Part shown: positions 36,977-48,425 of the stretch, one piece after another
How the letters are laid out: every line of letters starts with the position of its first letter
Position numbering within the stretch: the stretch's first letter is position 1
NCBI GenBank assembly: GCA_013239625.1
Contig: MU054323.1
Span: forward strand, 11,491,815-11,555,814
Reading direction: 5' to 3'
DNA from: Lama guanicoe
Taxonomy: Eukaryota
Length of the DNA stretch: 64,000 nt
Position numbers and translations under genes: made by a program
Notes under the pieces: generated by a model
Told to the model about the DNA's origin: nothing
Seen by the model: the letters and a program-made list of their open reading frames with translations, nothing else
The model's database searches: none

Positions 36977-38008
36977 CTGGAAAATGAGGGGGACAGTGTG
37001 ACAAGGATGACCAGCTCACTATTCCAAGGAGGCTTATGCTTACCTATGGCGGGCACCCCCGTGGCATTTGACATTTAGGCCAAGAACACGAGTGGAGAGC
37101 CCAGAGCACAGGAGGATGTGAAGTGGGTGGCCATGGCAGGCAGCAGACCAATGAGCATCATGACCTGGCATCCAGTCTTTGGGGTGGACATTACCTGGTC
37201 TTCAAACCATTTAGTAAATGGCTCCTTTCACAACCAGGTTACATGTATAGTAACCCCCATTGCCAGGATGGTAAATAAGCTTTGTCTTATGTTCCAACTC
37301 TGGTAGCACAGTGACTGGCATGCTGGACTGAGAAGGCCTCGTCTGTGCTCAGCTGTAAAGACCTACATGATTATAGTGATGTTTGCCTTGGGTCCAAGAA
37401 GGAACCAGGCGCCCAGCAGGATGTATGCCTGCTGATCCCAGTCCTGACTGCCAACTTAGCAGTGGAGACCCTCCACCATCAGACTCTTGCATTCAAGCCC
37501 ATCTTCCACTGTCTCCCTGATGGAGCCCATGTTCTGGCCACATTTCAGACAATTGTCATGCGTGCCAGGTACCACCTTCCTGGTTTATGGGCAACATCAC
37601 TTACTCTTCAGCAAGCCCTGTGTTCACTCACTTCCCTGCTTCTGCTCATGCTTTTTTCCTCTGCCTGCACTGCCTTCCCCTTTGAAGCATTAAGTTACAT
37701 TTTCCATCAAGGACTGGCTCATGCGCCATTTCCCCCATTTAGCCTTCCTCAGTTGCTCTTGTCAGGGGCAGATCCCTCAACTCTGTCCTCCCACGTGACC
37801 CTGCATTTCCACTGAGCAATGGCACCATCTTGTTTGTGGTCTACCTCTTGCCTCACAGACTCTCTCGGCCCCCTTTGGGGTGAGCTTCTCGAGAGCTGGG
37901 CCTGTGCTGGGTCCCCCACTGTCACAATGAATTGCCACATAGAATGATGCAATGTGTTTTTATAAAATGAAGTAGAATAAAACATTTAGAATCCCAGTAC
38001 TTCTGTAC

Positions 38009-38205
38009 CTGTCACTGTCGGACATCTTCAGGAAAATTCGGAGCGAGAACTCAACTGCTTCTCTGCCTGCAGAGACGACCACCACGTAGGTCCCAGGGCT
38101 CAGGCTGAAGCACTCTGTAAGGTTACGTGGGGTTTGAGAAACTATGCCCTTCTCAGCCATTCTGAATTTGGAAAAAAAGGTGGGCGGCAACCTCTCTCGG
38201 AAATG
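38009..38205 (-). CDS. CAPN13: CAPN13 exon ~13 (197 nt): HFRERLPPTFFSKF...LSPGTYVVVVSAGREAVEFSLRIFLKMSDSD(R)
   Basis: Acceptor ctcctctagttccag, donor AG|gtacag; LxPGxYVVV and EFxLRIF domain-III motifs. Confidence 0.93.
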
Positions 38206-40248
38206 CTGGAACTAGAGGAGACAGGATAGTGGTGAGAAAACCCCTGTGTGCACGGGCCCCAGGCCCCAGGCAAAACCACCTCGCCCAGCACCCTCTCCAT
38301 TCACCAAAACAGCAATACAGGCCCCAGAAAGGGAGACAGCGCTTACCTGAAGTCTCACAGTGCAACAGAGTTCAGACTCTTAATGACTAGAGATGCTAAC
38401 ACTACAATGAACGCGGAGAAATATGACACGTGGTCTCCCCTCATTAACTCTTACAGCATCCTGGGCTTCTGGGTTTATCTCTCTGCTTATACAGAAAGAT
38501 GGCTTCCATGAAAATGAGTGAGGCTGTTTCAGAAATGCATTACTTTTGGAGCCCCTAAAATCCCTTGTCTCCTGAACCTTTGGCAAAGCACCTTTAGGAC
38601 CACTGCAGATCTATGGGGTTGGAGTCCTTTCTCCTCTTCCATTTCCTCTTTCCAGCAGAGCCCTAAAATGCCTTCTCATTGGAGAGTAATAGGTCCTGAT
38701 CATTTTCCTTCTGTTTCAATATTTTCTTAGCGATAAACAATAAATATAATGCACTTCCTATTACCGGATGTCATATACATATTACATAATAAAAACCCCT
38801 TACTAAATAAATTTTCTCCAATACAGTCGAGATGGGGATCCCATTTCGAATGGTTATGCAGCATGAAATGATTGCTCATGAGTTCTACCTTGGGGGGAAA
38901 TGGGGAGATGGGGAGGGGTTCTTTTTGAGGGGCAGGCACAGCGCTGGGCTGCAAGATGAGGCCACTGTCTCTGGTATGTAGCAGGGGGGTGGGCAGAACC
39001 TCAGAAGTGATTCTGCTGACATTAACAGCTGCCCCAGGGGGTTTGGAACCTCACTTGCTAGGGCCTTTCTGGCCAAAGCAGTGATGAGGTGGGTTCTTTT
39101 CCAGAGAGTCAGCACTGCTCTGCGGCTCTGGGGGTGTGTGTGTGTGCACGCATGTGCACATGGGGAGGCAGTGTGTACAGAAGTGTGTGGGCTTCAAGCC
39201 TCCTACAATCACAAGACCTGATCCTGTGTCCCCAGGGATGGGGCTTGTGCCTTTTTCGGGATCAAGTCCTTACCCCATTCTCCAGCTCTGGGAACTAGAG
39301 CCCTGACTTGTTCCTTGCACCTTTGAAGCCCTTCTAGAAGCTCACATTCCACAACTAGGGTGCTGATCCGAAACCCAGCTTTGATGCTGGGCCACCACTG
39401 TGAAAGGCAGGCCGCCTTACCACCTGCTTTCTGCCTGGGCTTCTGAGTATCCCCTGTTGGAGAGCCCTGTCCTAGCTTCTCTCCCTGTCAGGGCACCTCT
39501 GGAAGGCTTGGAGGAGCTGCTCTGCACCTGCCAGCAGGTTGTGGTCACTGCCCATTGGCTGTGGCTACATCCTACTCCCTCCCTTCCATCCTCAGCCCCC
39601 AGGCACACGCACCTCCCCGTGGCAACAACAGCACCACAAAGCTCGCGTCCATTTAAGGAGTTTGAGTGCCTGTGAAGTTAGGCTTCCCAAACTCCATCTT
39701 TCCTTCTCCATTCTGACTCATATTTTAGGTCCCCTTTCACCAGTGTCAGGCCAGAATGTTTATTCAGGAGGGGTGGCGATGTGGTCGTAAGAGGAGCTGG
39801 AGGGTGTGCCTTGAAGCTGCATTTGCATCACATGCATCCCGGTCATGGTGCATTTGGGGGCTGATGGAAACTATGGGAAACTAAAGATCCCCGCCAAGGT
39901 ACCCGATGAGCCCTGCCTTTCATCTTACAAGGAACTGTCAGCATCAGTCTTATCATTCGGGGCCAAATGCTTGAGGATGGTTTCATGGTGGCAGCCCCTC
40001 TAGAACATCAAACCAGAGAACAGCCTGAGGAATGCAACCTTTAGACCAGGACAGCTAAAATATTTCCCGCATCACTGGCCTGTTGGGAGGTTCTAGGTGC
40101 GTATCTATTACAGGACTTAGCAAGACTGAATTGGCAGCCGGTGAACACCGGGAGACACGTCCAGGCCATGGGTGTTGGAAGAGGCGTGAACGCCACCGAC
40201 AGACGGGGCAGAGGTGTAAGAAGCCAGGGAGGGTGGCGGTGGCCATAC

Positions 40249-40260
40249 CTGGGAGTCCAC
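40249..40260 (-). CDS. CAPN13: CAPN13 microexon ~12 (12 nt): VDSQ
   Basis: tttcttcctcttccccacag|GTGGACTCCCAG|gtatgg; symmetric phase 0; corresponds to AGSQ in human CAPN13 as recalled. Confidence 0.85.
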
Positions 40261-43200
40261 CTGTGGGGAAGAGGAAGAAAGGCAGGGTCAGGAACCCAAA
40301 CCAAAACACACAAGCGAGCAGGTCTGAGCAGCCTGGCTCAGGGCCCTGCATTCCTTTTCCTTGCACGTTCAGCCCGTTCCCTGGAACACCCTGGGTTAAT
40401 GGGGATCATCACTCATTCCCTGCATGGAGCTGTGACAAGGAAACCCCACCCGCTGTAAGGAGGTCGAGGCGGGAAGAAGGTGGCTGGGGAGACTCTTCCT
40501 TTGCCAGCTCAGCCAGCTGTGGTTACTCTTCATAGCAATGGTGAGAAAACTGGAAGGAAAAGGGACACGCTGATGGGGACTGAAGGTAAGGCAGACCTGG
40601 ATCGAATGTAAATTCCCCAACATCGGCGCTCCAATGAGAAGGAAACTTTCATTCCCTCAGATCTCTGTAACACACGATGGGAATTTGTTCTAGGCCCCCC
40701 TGTGTTGGCAGGGAATGCTTGTGGGCGTCCGAATGGGGAAATACCCATCTTCCTGTCTGTCCACGTGAAGGAAGGAAGGAAATGCTGAAGATGCAGTCCC
40801 ATTTTAAAGTCACTTCATGGTTTGCAAAGTGTTTCCCATGTAGAGTGCTGGGCTGTCCAGCGATCCTGAGCGGATGCTGAGCTCCTTATTTTACAGGTGT
40901 GGACACTGAGCTCAGCAGTCTGAGTGGCAGAGGGGAGAACAGGGCAAACTGCGTTGCTTTCTTGGTAACTGAGACCCACCGCCTCCAGGTACCGTCTTCC
41001 ACAGTTAGTGGGGGTTTCAGTTCTATTCTATCATTGATCCTGGGCCACACTCTGTGTACAGACAACCTGATTTGCCAAGGCAGGCTTCTCTGGAGATCAG
41101 GGGGGAGCTGGAGGGAGGTGGAAAGACCCAGCCTGGGGAGGAGCTTTGGGGTGAGGATGAAATAGCTTGTCCACCCTTCCCCTTTTTCTCTGTCCTGCCT
41201 TCTCCCTGTCTATTTGTATACCATCCGTGTTTAGTTGGATGCAACGCAGAGCAGTGCTCCCATAGCAGTTGGAGAGTCACAGGCTGATGCCAAGGGTGAA
41301 GCCCTGCACATAGCTGTCATCTGGGCAGCACTGTACCCACAAACCCCATCAAAATCCTAGAGACTTCAAAGAGCCTAGTTGCTGGCACCAACATAGCCTG
41401 CTTCCCAGCAGAACTGTGAAAGGAACCCATGTGCTTCTTCAGTTGTCAAGGTCTGGACTGTTCTTTGGTGTTTAACTCAATCAGGATCCTGCAAGATCCA
41501 AGGGGATTTTCAGGGAGCCTGAGGGGATCATGGGTCTGCATGCTCCCTCAGCAAAGTGGGCAGCTGATAAAAAAGGCATCTCTGGCTGAAAAGTTGACAA
41601 ATGGGCTAGGCAACATTTAAAAAATAGATATGATTACAGTCTTGCCAGGGCCCCTGAACTGTAAGACTTGGGATAAGTCAGTTAGCACGAGGCTGCTATG
41701 GTGCCAGCTCTGGGCACTAGAATCACAGATGACAATTCAAACAGCTCTCCCAGTTTTTCTGCCCTGGGGCAGCCCTCATACCCTCGCTGGAGTTCTGTCT
41801 CTCATCAGGACAGGGAAGAGGTGGCTGAGATGTTTTTAGCAGTCCTGTCTGGTGTCCTGCACTGTTCAGGCTCATTGGGTAGACCAGATGCCTCAGTTCC
41901 TTCCCAGCCCTTCCCAACTCCTTTCCTTCTGTCCTTCTCAAAGGTGACAGTCAGGGGACTCCGAGGATGAGAGTCCTCTTAGAAGGCACCTGAGCTAGCT
42001 GGGATTCTTGGCAGAAAGCAAGGGAAACCAATCCAGGGTGGGGTGAGCAGAAAGCCATTTATGGGAAGGGTAAATCACAGAGTCAGTGGGAAGTCTAGAG
42101 ACTGCAGCTTGGAAGGTGGGCAGGATCGAGAAGAGATCCACCACCACAGGATCTGCCTGCATTGCTGCTGCTGGGCCCGAAGACTGGCTGCAAAGAACCT
42201 CTCAATTGGTCCTACCTCCTTCAGTTACTTCCTCAAGATTCAAAGCCCAGAATAACCAAGAGTATGGTGGGGAGGGGAAGAGAATATCTAATTGGACAGG
42301 CCTGGGTCACACATCTACCCCTCTGCATGTAAGGGCTGGGAAGAGGAAATATCTGGTCTCTTTGCAGTGGGAGACCAAGCCCTGCCTTCCACCAAGGTCC
42401 CCCCACTTCCCTCCACCACCATGTGGAAAGGGTGCTCAGTTGCCTGGTGGTGATGAAAATGACCACTGTCCACTACTGCATCCTTAGCAGATGTTCTCTG
42501 ACAGTCTCAGCAGGATTGAGGCATCTCAAAAGTATGGTGCTAAACCCCAACAATTTCTTTTCCATTGATTCTATGCAACTAGAAAGCGGAAATGTGTTCA
42601 GAGAGAGCAGAACCCAAAGAGTTCTCCTCCTTCTAGGCCAGAATCATCGTTTGTCTTTGAGCTGTGAGCATCACCAGAAAGGCAAGTGCCTAAGTCCTGC
42701 TGAGAACCCTGGTCCTGGGACCACAAGTTCCAGCATCAAGCACCCCACCGTCATAACCTAGCTGCTCCTTGGTAGGTCATTCTTGCTCTCTGGCCTTTGG
42801 TTTCCACATCTATAAAAGTTGGGGTACTAGGGTGTTCGAGACAATGAATCTGAACATGTATGGAACTCTGAAGTTCTCTATCAGTGAGGCCTTCTTGTTA
42901 GAGTGCATCACAGCCAGTGCACGGGACTGTTTCAGGAACAGAGGACCAGGAGCCTTGCCTGTCCCTGAGTGGGCTAAGGCCCCAGTTGTGAATGTTGCCT
43001 TAGTCTCAGTGAACATTCCTGAGATCATTCCTAGAGATGCAATAATCAGAGTCTTAGCCACACAGGGGATAGGTGTGTTTGACTGAAGGCTTGGGGGACT
43101 TCTGGTGCCCAGTCCCAGCTCCGACTATGTCACTTCACCTTGCTGGGCCTCGGAGACTTCACCTCTAATTTGAGGAACAGGGACCCCAGCACTTGATGGT

Positions 43201-44077
43201 TGCATGATCTTAATTACGCATCTCCGTGCAGAGAGGCTGTGGGGTGTATGATTTGAGAACACTTCACTTTATCTTTGGGATGCATTAAGTTGTTTGGGAA
43301 AGGAGGAGGGAGCAGAAGTCTCAGATTTTCTTTTGCAGCTCCTTTCTTTCACATGGTTTTTAAAAGCCAAATTCCCTGATCACTTACTCATGGCTGGGGT
43401 ATGTGTAGGCATGTGGAGGGGGTGAGGAGATGGCCCCTTAGGAGCTGAAGATCTGGCTGGGAGTGCCATCAGAGTGGAGGGGAGGCTAGGTGGAGAGGAA
43501 GACCTCCCCTTGGATGAGTGGCTAAGCAGATGCGTGTAAGCCACCCACGGAGCTTTGACCAGACTTTGGTCTAAGCATAAGAGAAAAACATACCTCCTGG
43601 CTGTATATCCAGGGTTGTTTTTTCCCCTTAAACTCCTCCTAGAGTTTAACCAATGATTCTCAAATAGTCCTGTGCATAGCAGCCCCTCCTCCACCCCGGA
43701 GCTCATTATGATGCAGATTTCCAGGCTCTATCCATGGAGAGTGGGACTCAGAAAACTTGGGGCGGTCCCAGGAGTCTGCACTGTTGCAACAGCTGGTCCT
43801 GACCAGACTACTTTTTGAGTAACGAGCACTGGAGCCTGCGGCGTGCCAGGACATGCTGGCAAGTGACAAAGGCAGGAGGTATGTCCCGCTGTAAAACTGG
43901 TCAAGGCTAATCGCCTCTCTGTCTCAGGTTTTCCTTCAGACCAGATGAACTCTATAGCCCTTTGGGTTTTATCTGAGTCTGCGATTGAGTGAAATCTCCC
44001 AGCATAGCTGGCTGCTCTCTCCACCCAAGTTGTACAGAATATCCCCAAAGGGCAAGCCCTGAAGCAAGCTGCCTTAC

Positions 44078-44217
44078 CTTGAACACCTCGAAGTTTAGTG
44101 GAAACATTCTGTCTTTTGCCTTTAAATTTTGTGGCATGATGTTGAAGGACATGACGACATTGCTGCTTTCCATGCTGTCTGGCACAGAGAAGAGGTACTG
44201 CACATCCCTCTGGAATT
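44078..44217 (-). CDS. CAPN13: CAPN13 exon ~11 (140 nt): (E)FQRDVQYLFSVPDSMESSNVVMSFNIMPQNLKAKDRMFPLNFEVFK
   Basis: Acceptor ctttttcatacag, donor AAG|gtaagg; phase 1 to 0; C2-like domain. Confidence 0.9.
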
Positions 44218-45269
44218 CTGTATGAAAAAGAGCAGTAAGTGGACCCCAGCCTGGCTCCTGGGATTCCAGGTTGGGACCAGCACCGCTTCAGAGAGCCATG
44301 CATGCCCAGTTCAATGGGTGGTGGCTGAAAGTCTGGATTTGGACACCTAAAGCCTGGGTCCTGGTCCCCACTATTGCAGCACAAACATCTTTATTTTGTG
44401 AGCCTCAGTCTCCTCTTCTTAGAAACAAGGAGGGGAAGTATAGTTCCTACTTCATGAAAATGTTTCTTAAACTGTAAAGTTGAGGGCTATTTTTATATTT
44501 TATAATAACAAGTAGAATTCCAGAGTCCTCAGGTATGCAAGAGCTTATGTGTTGACAACAACCACGGAGCCATGAAATGATGTCAATCCCCAAGCACCAA
44601 CGGAGACAGAGGAAAAGAGGCAGAGAGATGGCAATTCATAGAACTCTACTGCCCAAGAGTCCTCACCAAAGCCAGAGCAAGACAGAATTAATGGAAAACC
44701 ATTAGATTCAAGTGCATGAAAGATAATGTATAAAAAATAAATGAAGGTAAGTCAAGATAGAGATGAATTAGTAGACATCAGAAAGTTTGGATCACAGCTG
44801 GGAAGCTCTGAATGGGGGATGGGGAAACGTAGAGGACCATCACGGACATCAGTTTTTTGTGAGGATGAAGCAAGATGATGCTCTCAAGTGCACTCAGCAG
44901 CACCTAGCAGGTGCCTGCTGGCTGGCTCCCTTCCCTCTCTCCTGTAAGGAAGTACTAAAAATGGTGCCGATGCAGAACTGGTTAGTTCATTGACATGCAT
45001 TATATCTAGGGAAAAGGGCTCTGGCCCCACAGTCAGACAGGTGCAGCTCAGGGAAGGTGAATCAGCGAATTTGCTGCCCAAGAGTGACTTGGCGGTTTCT
45101 TTGTCTGCCCGTGGCCTCCTGGTCTAGGTTCTCTGCCCAGCAGAGTGAAGAGCCTGGAGGTTGAAAACAGGGACACCCTGGGGTATGAGGTCTTCAAGCA
45201 AACCATTCTCGAAAGGCAGGTGCCAAGGAGAGGAAATGCACATGTCGAGGTGCAAACAAACACACACAG

Positions 45270-45273
<4 letters not shown>

Positions 45274-45301
<28 letters not shown>
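45274..45301 (+). repeat. (AC)14 microsatellite
   Basis: Seen directly; other dinucleotide runs at about 6177-6197 (TA) and 22963-22985 (TG). Confidence 0.95.
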
Positions 45302-46010
45302 CTTATTTGCATAGCTTTTCCTACCAAGAATGTGTAACATACACAGGTTCATCTTCAGAGGGCGCTATTTCACTCATCCACTCACACATGGGGAGTGGGA
45401 GGTCCAGAGAGAATATGTAACTCTTTTAAAGATTCATCTCCGGGGAGCCCAAAGACAGATTTTGGGGCATCTACTGCTGGGATCTCAGTACGGTGCTGTA
45501 GGATGCACCACCCACACTGGGCAGGAATATGCCCCTTTAAGTCTGGATGGTGCTTTGTGGTTTCAGGGGGCAGATAGGGGTTACAGGGGAGACTGAGACA
45601 GAGGGACCAGCTTTATCCCCAGAGTCACAAAGCCAATACATGGCAAAGACAATGGTTTAACACAGGTCCTGACTTTTGTCCAGTGCTCTTTCCACAGCTC
45701 CCTGCAATGTCCTGAATAATTACTGAAGAGTGGTGAGCCTGTTCCACTCCTGGGGGGTGGAGGTAATTTAGCAGAAGGACAGTGAGAAAGCATGAAAGGG
45801 CAGGGGAGGCACACTGGAGATTCTCCTGCCCACCCCACCAGCAATCATGTCCTCCAGAGAAGGATAGCTGTCCCTCTGAGCTGCCAAATTCCTCTTCTTT
45901 CAACTTCAGGTTGATGGTTCAGAATTGAGGGCCATCGAGAGGTGAAGCCAGAATTGGGCAAGGCCTGGCAGCTTCCATCCTGGCAGAATTGTTACCAAAG
46001 GGATAACTAC

Positions 46011-46156
46011 CTGCAGTGTTTCCTGGAATCACGTGGTTCTTAAACATCATTTGGGACCATCTTTCATGGGGCATGTTTCCATGGTCCAGGCTGATTGGAA
46101 CTTGGTTACATATAAATAGGCAGGAGAAGTTTTCTTGGAAATCTCGACATGACATC
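46011..46156 (-). CDS. CAPN13: CAPN13 exon ~10 (146 nt): [48 protein letters not shown]
   Basis: Acceptor gtttataacag, donor G|gtagtt; phase 2 to 1. Confidence 0.93.
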
Positions 46157-47216
46157 CTGTTATAAACAGAGACAATCGCTTACTGACCACTGGTTTTGTT
46201 GCTGGGGTGGAGGTTCCCATCACTTCACAACACCTTTGCCTGTCAACTATAGTAACCATTAATTTACCACGGTCCTCCCCAAGACCAGAGCCCCATTCTG
46301 GTTCATTTGTGGTTGGAAGGACAAGGACAGCGTCAGATTCTGGGTTCTGCAGGTCCCTCTCATGGCCAGCAAGAGGACTGCCAATCTCTTTCTGCTACGG
46401 GTCCTACACACTGCTAAGAAAGTCACTTTTCCCTAGGGTCCTTTGCCAAAGAATTATTGAGGTCTTATCAGAACACAATGGATTCAACACCTAACATCCC
46501 AGCTGGTACTGTGGTGAAAGTTGAGATTCTAGAAATGTTTTTTCTTCTAATTTACATTTATCCCCCTGATTCTTAATGACTTAAACCCAGTCTCCTTTTC
46601 GCACATGCCAGATTTCATTCAAATATATCACTGAACAAGCCAGACAACCCCTCAGAGAAATGTTCATCTTATCCTTTGAGATCTGAGCACAGGGCTGAGA
46701 ATGCGTTTTTCAACATCTAGTCCTGCATAGCTGCTGGGCGATGACATCGATACCTCACCCAGAACTCCAGAGTCAGGGCTGGGAGATTAACTCCAAGTTG
46801 CTCTCTTGTAATTCATGCCAGGAGAGACTGTGGGATGAACGGACTGTGGGATGACTGGGGGATTTTTTTTGCCGGGGTCCCAACAAGGTGGCATGGAAGA
46901 TACAGGCATGATAATCATGCATCCTGGTTTCCAGAAAACGGTAATTTTCAAAGCTTTGGTGCCAATATTCCCTTCTACCATTAACATTTCCTGCAAGCTC
47001 TAGTATTTCAGAGCTGAAATACCTTTCATGAAAAGAGAGAACCCAAACACAATTTCATGTTCAAAGCTTTAGTGTCTTGGCGGAGAAAACAGACTCCTTC
47101 TACAGAGGCCCCTGCAAAGTGAATTTTCTCAAAAAAGTTTTGGAAAGAGGGTGGGGATTGAGACTTTGGGCAACAGTTAAAGATTTGAAATATAATTTTA
47201 AAAGAAGAGTAAGTAC

Positions 47217-47291
47217 CAAAACTCGCCATCGTCCTTATGCTCATACAGCTGGCTTTTCTGTTGGTGGTGGATTTCCTGCCACTCCGGAGAC
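47217..47291 (-). CDS. CAPN13: CAPN13 exon ~9 (75 nt): SPEWQEIHHQQKSQLYEHKDDGEF(W)
   Basis: Acceptor ctccacacccag, weak donor TG|gtactt; DDGEFW motif completed across the junction. Confidence 0.92.
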
Positions 47292-47569
47292 CTGGGTGTG
47301 GAGAGACAGACCACAGGATAAGATCTCCTAGGACAGATCGTCTCAATCGCATGTGGCCCCACGGGGTCCTTTGCACAGGCTTCCAATAGTTTCCGGGTGC
47401 AGGTGGAGAGTGGCATTCTACCTAGTGATTCTCTACGTCCATGGCTTCCAAGCTGCCCCCAGCCCGATCCTCTTTCCTGAGCTTTAGATGGACACATGCT
47501 ATGGTCCATTCCTTGTCTCCACCAGAGCCCCACTGTGACCTTGTAGTCAACCTATCCCAAACTGTACTC

Positions 47570-48425
47570 ATCCTCTGCCTCCTCCTATTGCCCAAGCACA
47601 TGAAGGGTCACCCTCTTGCTCCCCCTACATTGAAGCCATCACCAAATATTAATGATTTACTGATTCTACCTTCTAACCCCCTGTCAAAGCCATCCACGGA
47701 TTTCCATCCTTACTGCTTGTTTCCAAGTTCAAGAACCTTCATCTCCCTGTTGAACTTCTCACCTGAACTCAGTCCTGCCCTCCTTTGCTATCCATTCTCC
47801 ACACCTCCTATCAAACCAATCTTTCTAAAACAGAAATCTGATTACGGCATTTCCCTGCTCAAAACAAAAACATCAGCACTTCCCTTTCTCTCTCAGGATG
47901 AAGTTCAAACTTCTGAAACACATCTTGGTCTCTGCCTACCTCTCCAGCTTTCCCTGAGCAGCTCCCTGTTCCCCACAGCATTGAGTCCGACACCCCAGTA
48001 GTAAAGAGTATCTTCATTTGCTCGGGAATACCTGTCTGTCCCGTGCAGAGCCCCCTCCACCCTGGCCTTCACCATGATGCTCCCTCTGCCTGGAACGCTT
48101 TTCCTCCTCCTTTCAGTCCTGTAACCCAATAACCTACACTCACCTTTCCTCCTAAAAGGCACTTCTGCTGGGAAATCGTGCTCGTCCCCACCACGGTGCC
48201 CCTCCTGTGAGCCCCCATGGCTCACCATACCATTCCTGTCCCAGCACTTAGTACCCAGTGTCACTAGTGCTTGTTTATCGCTTGCTTGTTTCTTGCCGTT
48301 CCCCCACTGGACTCCAAGTTCCGTGAGATCAGTGACCTTGCTCACCTTTACATCATCGACAAAGGGCCTTCACCCAATGCATGTAGTGGGCATGCCCATA
48401 ATATTTTGCTTCCTTAATTAATAAC
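47570..48425 (+). mobile_element. L2 LINE 3' fragment
   Basis: L2 motifs atccattctccacac, atctttctaaaacagaaatctgat, ccctgctcaaaac, ccctctgcctggaacgct, cccactggactccaagttccgtgag. Confidence 0.7.

Noticed and set aside
43388..43393. Possible 6-nt microexon (cag|CCATGA|gtaagt)
   Set aside because: Poor pyrimidine tract and an in-frame stop; the 12-nt exon at 40249-40260 fits much better.
43728..44384. 218-aa minus-strand ORF overlapping exon ~11 in another frame
   Set aside because: Starts in MIR-like intronic sequence at a non-ATG codon; no splice phase leads into it and no domain is evident.
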